A program made the translations under genes and the position numbers. Of a stretch of DNA of 64,000 bases, positions 56,892 through 64,000 are shown one piece after another. Numbering within the stretch: position 1 is the first letter of the stretch; the number at the start of each line of letters is the position of its first letter. The stretch comes from an uncultured Clostridia bacterium (GTDB lineage: Bacteria; Acidobacteriota; Aminicenantia; UBA2199), in assembly GCA_964502145.1 (NCBI GenBank), contig CAZCVI010000002.1, positions 117,383-181,382 on the forward strand. Reading direction: 5' to 3'. Below the pieces are notes generated by a model. The model did no database searches. It worked only from the letters and a program-made list of their open reading frames with translations, and was not told where the DNA came from.

Positions 56892-59800
56892 ATGTCTAAA
56901 GGAAAAGAAACCATGAGAAAACAAACCAATGCCCCCTCCAAACTAGCTTTTGTTTTTCCCGGAATTGGTTCTTTATGGAAACAAATGGGCCTTCGCTTAT
57001 TACAAGAAGACGTTTTTCGCACGACGATCCAGGAATGCGATGAGGCCTTTCGTTTGAATCCCTCAGTCGCTTGGTCAATTGTAGAAGAGATCAACGCCCC
57101 GGTAGCGCTTTCAAGAATCGAAGATATCTGTATCGGTTATCCCTGCGGCTTGGCTATTGAGATAGCCTTAACCGCCTTATTAAAAAGCCGTGGTATCCTC
57201 CCCCATGCTGTAATCGGTCACAGTGGTGGCGAAATTCCCGCGGCTTATGCCGCAGGCATTCTGAATTTACCCGATGCCTTTCGCGCTATCTGGGGTCACT
57301 ATATGGAAATGAGCAAAAGAAACAACGCGGTCAACATGGCCTATATCGGCTTGCCCGTAACCAAAGTGGCGCAAACCATACAACTCCACCACGCCCAATC
57401 CCGCATATTCATCGCCGCTGTAAACAGTCCTAAATCCACCATCATCTCCGGTCACACAGACGCCATTAAACCCCTGCTGGAATCTCTCGCCAAAGAAAAA
57501 GTATTTTGCCGCATCTTGGACACCCTGGGCGCGTTTCATTCTCCGATCATGGAAGAGAATAGAACGGAAATTTATACCCGCTTAAAAGACATCCAAGCCA
57601 AAGAAGCCACCATCCCCTTTTACTCCTCCCTGTTAGGCAAATTGGGACACGATAATCTTGCGCTACCCTTGTACTGCACCAATCTGATGATACAACCCGT
57701 GTTGTTTGCCGATGGCATTCAAGCCCTGATTAAAGATGGCTATACCACCTTTTTAGAGATCAGCCCCCATCCCGTTCTTTCCAGAAATATCCAGGAAATA
57801 CTCGAAGCATGCAACCTAGAGAACGCACAGGTTCTGCCAACCTTAAAACGCGATGAGGACGACAAAAGAATGTTCGCAGAATGTCTCGACCATCTTGCCA
57901 CAGCCCACCCCGCATCACACACTTTCTTTTCGTCCCCGCCACCCACCATTGACCCCGCCCAAAAGAAAGCCTTTATCGTAACAACAATCACCCAATCCAT
58001 CCAGGACCTTTTAAAATGCCCCCCTGTTTCCCCTGTGGATGTCTACCTCGGTTTTTTTGATATGGGCTTTGATAGCATGAAAGCATTACAATTTAAAGAT
58101 ATATTATCCCAACGACTCGGTTTATCTCTCCCCGTGACCTTGATCTTTGATTATCCTGATATTCATTCCCTGAGCCACTATTTACTCTCCAGATTTACCC
58201 TATCAACCCCTGCCACAGAGGACAATAACCCGCTCCTTGAAACCAGTACAGAACCCATCGCCATCGTTGGCATGGCGTGTCGTTTTCCTGGTGGTGCCAA
58301 TACCCTCGATACCTTCTGGGACCTATTAAAAAACGGGCGGGATACCGTAAGCGATATCCCCGAGGAGCGTTGGAATGGTCAGATGTATTATTCTCCAGAG
58401 ATCACACCCGGAAAAACCAACACCCACCGGGGAAATTTTATTTCTGGTATTGATATCACCACCTTTGACGCCAATTTTTTCAAGATTTCACCCAAGGAAG
58501 CCAGAGCATTGGACCCCCAGCATCGGCTTCTTTTAGAAGTAACTGTTGAAGCTTTGGAAAATGCCGCCATTCCGCTGTTAAGTATCAGAGATAAACAAGT
58601 CGGCGTGTTTATCGGCATATGTTCCGATGATTATAAATTAGCCCACCTCCATGCCGCCGATTTAACCCACATGGATGCATACGCCGCCTCTGGTTCCATG
58701 CTTGGACCCGCCGCGGGCAGGATATCTTATTTCCTTGGGCTCAGAGGACCATCCCTGTCCGTTGATACCGCGTGCTCTTCTGCCCTGACCGCCCTTCATT
58801 ATGCAGTGTTATCGCTCCGCCACCGTGAATGTGAGACCGTCATCACCGGTGGCGTAAACTGTTTGTTATCCCCTAATATGTTCGTGTATTTGAGCCAGCT
58901 CAATACCTTGTCCCAAGATGGGACATGTAAAACCTTTGATGAAAAAGCCGATGGTTTTGGTAGGGGAGAAGGGTGTGGCGTTTTAGTATTAAAGCGCTTG
59001 TCCGATGCCCGGCGCGACAACGATAATATCTGGGCCATTATCCAGGGTTCCGCCGTGAACCACGATGGCGCCAGTGCCGGTTTCACCGCTCCCAATGGCG
59101 TCGCCCAGCAAGAAGTGATCCAAAAAGCCCTGTTAGATGCCCGTGTTTCCCCTGCCAGTGTCGATTATATTGAAACCCATGGAGCAGGCACGCCACTGGG
59201 CGACCCCATCGAAATACAAGCTATAGCGGAAGTATACGGTAAAAATCGGGCCCAAGATGTGCCCCTTCTCGTGGGCGCTGTAAAAACAAATATCGGACAC
59301 TTGGAAGCTGCCGCTGGCGTAGCTGGAATGATCAAAACCATCCTCTCCTTACATCACCACATCATCCCCCCTCACCTCCATGTCTCCCACCCCAACCCCC
59401 AGATCAACTGGGAACAGATCCCGGTAAAAATAAATACCGGTTTAACCCCCTGGTTCCCCCGTGAGCAACCCAGGCGTGCCGCCATCAGCGGTTTTGGCTT
59501 CAGCGGAACCAATGCCCACGTGATTATTCAAGAACCACCCCTTTGGGCAGATGAAACCAACACCACATCAGACCCATATCCCGTTCATATGTTGAATTTA
59601 TCCGCCAAAACCCCCCGTGCCTTAAACGAATTGGCCCGGTTATACACGGACTATCTTTCCAATCCATCTTTGCCTGATTTAGGCGATATATGTTATACTG
59701 CTGCCACCGGTCGTTCTCATTTTTCTTTTAGATATTCCGCCGTGGGCAAAGATGTTTCTGAAATCAAGCATAAGCTCGAATACTTCCTGGCCAATCAAAC

Positions 59801-62800
59801 CAATCATTCCACTGTCACCCAAGATAAAAACGAGCTGAATAAAAAAATCGCTTTCCTTTTCACCGGGCAGGGGTCGCAGTATGTTGGCATGGGCAAAGAG
59901 TTATACCATGCCGAACCCATATTTAAAGCCGCCTTAACCACCTGCGACCAACTCTTCCAAAAAGTACTGGACCTATCCATCATCGAATTATTGTATGCCC
60001 CCCTATCTACCGATGAGATCGTCGCCCAAGCCATTCATGCCCAACCCATTATTTTTGCCATCCAATATGCCCTGGTCAAACTCTGGCAATCCTGGGGCAT
60101 AGAACCCGCCCTGGTTATCGGACACAGCATCGGCGAATATGCCGCCGCGTGTACCGCTGGCGTTTTTAGCTTGGAAGATGCCGTCAAACTCGTGGCCATC
60201 CGGGGTCGATTAATGCAATCCGTCAGCCAATCCGGGCGCATGGCCGGTATTCTAACCTCCGAGGAAAACGCCCGCGCCTTTATCGCCCCCTATCAAAACG
60301 ACGTGTCCATCGCTGCTGTTAATGCCCCTGAAAATGTCACCATCTCCGGTAGCCTAGAATCCATAAACAACGTGTTGGCCCATGTTAAACAGGCAAAAAT
60401 TTTTATCGAACAACTTCCTATTTCCCATGCCTTTCATTCCGTGCTCATGGAACCCTATGTAGAGTCATTCAGTCGCGAAATCGCTGGAATTGTGTTCTCC
60501 CCCCCACAATTACCTTTCATTTCAACCGTTACCGGTTTACCCGCCCACCAAGAAATAACCCAGCCCCAGTATTGGGCGCAGCATTTTTGCCGTACCGTGC
60601 GCTATTATGACAGTATCACCTTGGCTCACACCCAGGGCGTCCAAATTTTTCTCGAAATCGGCGGCACTGCCACCCTAACAGGGCTCGCCGCCCAGTGTTT
60701 GCCCGCCACAAATGCCCTTTTTATTCCTTCCTTGCGAAAAGGAAAGTCTGCCTGCCAACAACTATTAACCAGTCTCTCCCAATTGTATACCCACGGCATA
60801 AATATCCAGTGGCAAAAATTTTATCACCCCTTTCAGTATAAAAAAGTAATCCTTCCCAACACCCCTTTTTTGCGTGAAAGGTTCTGGATGGATAACCTTC
60901 TTCCAGTCTTACCCACCCAGAAAAATGAATTAGTACAACCTATACCAGAGGAAATCGTGATCGAGGACACTAATAATATGGAAAATACAGCACACATTCT
61001 TATTGAAATAAAAGAGATGGTTCATACTATTTCCGGTTTGCGCCCCGAAGCGCTTGATGATGATTCCGAATTGTTTGCCATGGGACTCGATTCATTGATG
61101 ATGACCGAGTTACGGCGCAAAATAACCGGCCAGTATGGCATAGATATTTCTCTGAATGAATTTTTCATGGAATTAACCACCCTGCACAAAATAGCCCGAC
61201 ATCTCCAGCATAAGTTCCACCCCCTGGCAAAGAAAACGGCAGTCACCCCCCAGTTTATAGATACAATGACTATTCCAGCCCCGCAGGCAGGTGAAACCAT
61301 GCCTGTTTCCACCATGGAACGTATCCTGACGCAACAAATGGAGGCCATGAAAGAGCACTCTTTACGGATCTCCGATTTAGCGTTAAAACAATTGGAAGCC
61401 CTAAAGAATCTGCAGGTTCCCGTTCCTCCAGTTCCCCCCGTGGTCGCTCCTACTGTTGTAGCCGAACCTATCACCAAACCCCTTCACTTTTCCGCTACCG
61501 CCGATCTGCGCCAGCGCGGTTTGACCCTGCGGCAGCAGGAGCACTTGGATAGACTTATACAGCGTTATACCGCGCGCACCCATTCCTCCAAAGAACAGAC
61601 CCGCCACGACCGCGACGTCCTCGCCGATAGTAAAGGGACAGTCGGGTTTAATCTTGCCACCAAGGAAATGTTGTACCCCCTCATTGGCAAGTCTGCCAAA
61701 GGCTCCCGTATCTGGGATATTGATGGTAATGAATACGTCGACATCACCATGGGCTTTGGCGTCTATCTGTTTGGTCATCATCCCGAATTTCTCAAGAAAG
61801 CCTTCCGTGAACATCACGAAGATGCACCCGAATTAGGCCCCCGTTCCCCCTGGGTGGGCAAGGCCGCTGCTTTAATTGCGCAATTCACCCGTTTGGAACG
61901 TGTCGCTTTTGCCAATACCGGCACTGAAGCTGTCATGACCGCTATTCGTCTCGCCCGTGCCGCGACCGGACGCACCAAAATCGCCATGTTTTCCCGTTCT
62001 TACCACGGCCATTCCGATGGCACCCTGGCTGTCTCCACCATACGTAACGGTCAACTTTTTTCCGAACCCGTTTCACCCGGAATTCCCCATAGTGTTGTCC
62101 AGGAAACGATTGTTTTGGATTACCTCGAACCCCACGCCCTGGAGATTATCCGCCAACAGGGGCCCCAACTGGCTGCCGTGCTGGTTGAACCCGTGCAAAG
62201 CCGGTATCCCGATGTCAACCCCGCCCCATTTCTCCACGAATTAAGACGTATCACCCGGGAAACAGGTTGCCTGTTGATATTTGATGAAATGATTACCGGG
62301 TTCCGTATTCATCCTGGTGGCGCCCAGGCGTATTTTAATGTTGAGGCCGATATCTGTGTCTATGGAAAAATTATCGGTGGCGGTTTACCTATCGGTGTCA
62401 TTGCCGGGAAAGCCCACTATATGGATCACATCGACGGCGGTACCTGGGACTATGGCGATACCTCGTACCCTGCCGTGGAAAGAACCTTTTTCGGCGGCAC
62501 ATTCTGCCAGTACCACCAGGCCATGTTGGCCGCTACTACGGTTTTAGAATACCTCCAAGACCAGGGCCCCCAATTGCAACACCAATTGAATCTCAAAACA
62601 AAACAATTGGCCGATACACTCAATACTTATTTTGAAGAAAACAATATCACCATCCGTGTGCTTTATTTTGGTTCCATTTTCCGTTTCGAAATCCAGGGTG
62701 GTCTCGATTTATTTTACTTTCATATGTTGGAAAAAGGCGTGTACATCTGGGAGTGGCGTAATTGTTTCCTTTCTACCGCCCATACCCAGGAAGACCTGGA

Positions 62801-64000
62801 TCATATTTTTCGCGCCGTCAAAGAGACCGTGACCGAACTGGAACAAGGCGGTTTTTCCCTCCATAGCGGGCACTCCGCCACCTCCCAATCACATTCCGGG
62901 GACTACTATCCCATGTCCTCCGTGCAAAAACGATTGTTTGTGTTGAGTCAATCCCAGGAAGGGGACCGCGCCTACCATGTGCCTATTGCCGTGCAAATCG
63001 AGGGCCCAGTAAATATTGAAAAATTCCAGGCCATTTTCAAAGAGTTATTCCTGCGCCACGAGATATTTCGTACTGGCTTGGAAATAAAAGAGGAGCAGTG
63101 GGTGCAACATGTTTATCCAGTCGATGAAGTGGCATTTTCTATCCGTCATGTTAACATTAAAGAAACCGATATCAATACATTATTGGCAGAGCTGTTACGT
63201 CCCTTTGATCTATCCAAGCCCCCATTGTTACGTGCCACCATGGGTGAAATTTCTCCCACTCGCTTCGTATTCATTTTAAATTTCCATCACACCGTGATCG
63301 ATGGCGCTTCATTTACCCTCTTTATGCAAGACTTTTTCAATCTTTATAACCACCATCCGCTTCCCCCCGTCAAGATGCAGTATAAAGAATACACCCAGTG
63401 GGAACAACAGTACCTAAAGTCACCCGATTTTAAAGCCCAGGAGGAATATTGGTTGCACCAATTGGGCGGTGAACTCCCCCTGCTGGAATTACCCACCGAT
63501 TTTCCCAGGCCGCCCATTTTAGACTTTGAAGGCGATGTCTTCCGCTTTAAAATCCAGATTGATAAAGTCGACAGGGTGAAAGCACTGGCCAAAAAAACGG
63601 GTTCCAGTTTGAACATGCTGCTACTGGCTATATATAATGTACTCCTCTTTAAATTGACCCAGCAAGAAGACATGCTCGTGGGCATCCCCGCCAGTGTCAT
63701 CTGGAATGAGCAATTCGAGCGCACCGTCGGCATGTGTACCAATACCCTCGTCATCCGCAATTGTCCCGCCGGGAATAAACCCTTCACCCGCTTTTTAAAA
63801 GAAGTGAAAACCAATTGTTTACAAGCCTACTCCCACCAGGAATACCCCTATGAAGAATTGGTCAGTAAATTCCCAGGCAAACGAGATATTAGTCACAACC
63901 CGTTTGTGGATGTGATGTTTGTCTATGAAAACGGTAACAGTCGCTTATATGATCTGGCTGATCTGACCGTTACCCCCCGTGATATCAACGTGGGCGCCTC
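56892..64000 (+). CDS. PKS/NRPS hybrid protein, 3'-truncated by the window: AT-ACP-KS-AT-ACP-aminotransferase(PLP, class III)-C...
   Basis: An open frame to the window end. It is not in the ORF track because no stop falls in the window. The start is at 56892 (MSKGKET) or 56913 (MRKQT). AT motifs GHSGGE (57216) and GAFHS. ACP GFDSM (58063). KS DTACSSAL (58764), HGAGT and NIGH. AT GHSIGE (60121) and AFHS. ACP MGLDSL (61081). A GSA-aminotransferase-like domain has GKIIGGGLP (62364). The C domain has HHTVIDG (63285). Confidence 0.85.
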   Translation, partial: MSKGKETMRKQTNAPSKLAFVFPGIGSLWKQMGLRLLQEDVFRTTIQECDEAFRLNPSVAWSIVEEINAPVALSRIEDICIGYPCGLAIEIALTALLKSRGILPHAVIGHSGGEIPAAYAAGILNLPDAFRAIWGHYMEMSKRNNAVNMAYIGLPVTKVAQTIQLHHAQSRIFIAAVNSPKSTIISGHTDAIKPLLESLAKEKVFCRILDTLGAFHSPIMEENRTEIYTRLKDIQAKEATIPFYSSLLGKLGHDNLALPLYCTNLMIQPVLFADGIQALIKDGYTTFLEISPHPVLSRNIQEILEACNLENAQVLPTLKRDEDDKRMFAECLDHLATAHPASHTFFSSPPPTIDPAQKKAFIVTTITQSIQDLLKCPPVSPVDVYLGFFDMGFDSMKALQFKDILSQRLGLSLPVTLIFDYPDIHSLSHYLLSRFTLSTPATEDNNPLLETSTEPIAIVGMACRFPGGANTLDTFWDLLKNGRDTVSDIPEERWNGQMYYSPEITPGKTNTHRGNFISGIDITTFDANFFKISPKEARALDPQHRLLLEVTVEALENAAIPLLSIRDKQVGVFIGICSDDYKLAHLHAADLTHMDAYAASGSMLGPAAGRISYFLGLRGPSLSVDTACSSALTALHYAVLSLRHRECETVITGGVNCLLSPNMFVYLSQLNTLSQDGTCKTFDEKADGFGRGEGCGVLVLKRLSDARRDNDNIWAIIQGSAVNHDGASAGFTAPNGVAQQEVIQKALLDARVSPASVDYIETHGAGTPLGDPIEIQAIAEVYGKNRAQDVPLLVGAVKTNIGHLEAAAGVAGMIKTILSLHHHIIPPHLHVSHPNPQINWEQIPVKINTGLTPWFPREQPRRAAISGFGFSGTNAHVIIQEPPLWADETNTTSDPYPVHMLNLSAKTPRALNELARLYTDYLSNPSLPDLGDICYTAATGRSHFSFRYSAVGKDVSEIKHKLEYFLANQTNHSTVTQDKNELNKKIAFLFTGQGSQYVGMGKELYHAEPIFKAALTTCDQLFQKVLDLSIIELLYAPLSTDEIVAQAIHAQPIIFAIQYALVKLWQSWGIEPALVIGHSIGEYAAACTAGVFSLEDAVKLVAIRGRLMQSVSQSGRMAGILTSEENARAFIAPYQNDVSIAAVNAPENVTISGSLESINNVLAHVKQAKIFIEQLPISHAFHSVLMEPYVESFSREIAGIVFSPPQLPFISTVTGLPAHQEITQPQYWAQHFCRTVRYYDSITLAHTQGVQIFLEIGGTATLTGLAAQCLPATNALFIPSLRKGKSACQQLLTSLSQLYTHGINIQWQKFYHPFQYKKVILPNTPFLRERFWMDNLLPVLPTQKNELVQPIPEEIVIEDTNNMENTAHILIEIKEMVHTISGLRPEALDDDSELFAMGLDSLMMTELRRKITGQYGIDISLNEFFMELTTLHKIARHLQHKFHPLAKKTAVTPQFIDTMTIPAPQAGETMPVSTMERILTQQMEAMKEHSLRISDLALKQLEALKNLQVPVPPVPPVVAPTVVAEPITKPLHFSATADLRQRGLTLRQQEHLDRLIQRYTARTHSSKEQTRHDRDVLADSKGTVGFNLATKEMLYPLIGKSAKGSRIWDIDGNEYVDITMGFGVYLFGHHPEFLKKAFREHHEDAPELGPRSPWVGKAAALIAQFTRLERVAFANTGTEAVMTAIRLARAATGRTKIAMFSRSYHGHSDGTLAVSTIRNGQLFSEPVSPGIPHSVVQETIVLDYLEPHALEIIRQQGPQLAAVLVEPVQSRYPDVNPAPFLHELRRITRETGCLLIFDEMITGFRIHPGGAQAYFNVEADICVYGKIIGGGLPIGVIAGKAHYMDHIDGGTWDYGDTSYPAVERTFFGGTFCQYHQAMLAATTVLEYLQDQGPQLQHQLNLKTKQLADTLNTYFEENNITIRVLYFGSIFRFEIQGGLDLFYFHMLEKGVYIWEWRNCFLSTAHTQEDLDHIFRAVKETVTELEQGGFSLHSGHSATSQSHSGDYYPMSSVQKRLFVLSQSQEGDRAYHVPIAVQIEGPVNIEKFQAIFKELFLRHEIFRTGLEIKEEQWVQHVYPVDEVAFSIRHVNIKETDINTLLAELLRPFDLSKPPLLRATMGEISPTRFVFILNFHHTVIDGASFTLFMQDFFNLYNHHPLPPVKMQYKEYTQWEQQYLKSPDFKAQEEYWLHQLGGELPLLELPTDFPRPPILDFEGDVFRFKIQIDKVDRVKALAKKTGSSLNMLLLAIYNVLLFKLTQQEDMLVGIPASVIWNEQFERTVGMCTNTLVIRNCPAGNKPFTRFLKEVKTNCLQAYSHQEYPYEELVSKFPGKRDISHNPFVDVMFVYENGNSRLYDLADLTVTPRDINVGA
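61380..62840 (+). other. Aminotransferase (AMT) domain, class III PLP-dependent (glutamate-1-semialdehyde-aminomutase-like), as in MycA/ItuA/McyE beta-amination modules
   Basis: GFNLATKEMLYPLIGKSAKGSRIWDIDGNEYVDITMGFG...ANTGTEAVMTAIRLARAATGR...DEMITGFRIHPGGAQ...YGKIIGGGLPIGV. Confidence 0.7.

Overview
This 64-kb window reads as a bacterial accessory region of about 45% GC, with GGAGG-type RBSs and rho-independent terminators. All calls below come from reading the sequence and ORF track by eye. No HMM or BLAST search was run.

Layout from 5' to 3':
1. Two tandem Rpn/YhgA-like (PD-(D/E)XK, TIGR01784-type) nuclease-transposase paralogs. The first is cut by the window edge and carries an in-frame 21-bp heptad-repeat expansion.
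2. A large secreted multidomain protein on the minus strand.
3. A small accessory islet: an unknown 501-aa protein, a HigB/RelE-like toxin with an HTH antitoxin flanked by 52-bp direct repeats, and a MazF/PemK toxin with an RHH antitoxin.
4. A flotillin-like SPFH protein.
5. A compact RiPP-like operon: a 25-aa overlapping small ORF, a B12-binding/radical-SAM protein with a non-canonical CX4CX2C motif, a fused E1-like/YcaO cyclodehydratase, a 165-aa NHLP-type precursor ending in -LTCC, and a terminator hairpin.
6. A 1758-aa signalling protein with kinase-like, P-loop NTPase, helical, GAF and PP2C/SpoIIE regions.
7. A housekeeping/repair block: nucleotidyltransferase pair, GlmS-like amidotransferase, alkylation-repair protein, HhH-GPD glycosylase, radical SAM, SDR, tRNA-Gly(CCC), APS kinase, methyltransferase, S46 dipeptidyl peptidase and a 776-aa helical protein.
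8. From 38071 to the window end, a giant hybrid NRPS-PKS locus. Gene 1 (6272 aa) has the order C-A-T-C-A*-T-C-A-T-KS-AT-ACP-C-A-T-C. Gene 2 is partial and reads AT-ACP-KS-AT-ACP-aminotransferase-C.

The most unusual feature is that the module-2 adenylation domain (A*) is interrupted between core motifs A2 and A3 by a ~580-aa insert. The insert holds a canonical CxxxCxxC radical-SAM core followed by a cobalamin-binding-like domain. I know of no described interrupted A domain with this architecture.

A family of 9-bp tandem repeats recurs in intergenic DNA and in-frame inside the same a2-a3 loop of A domains 1 and 4, where it encodes Pro/Ile-rich linkers.
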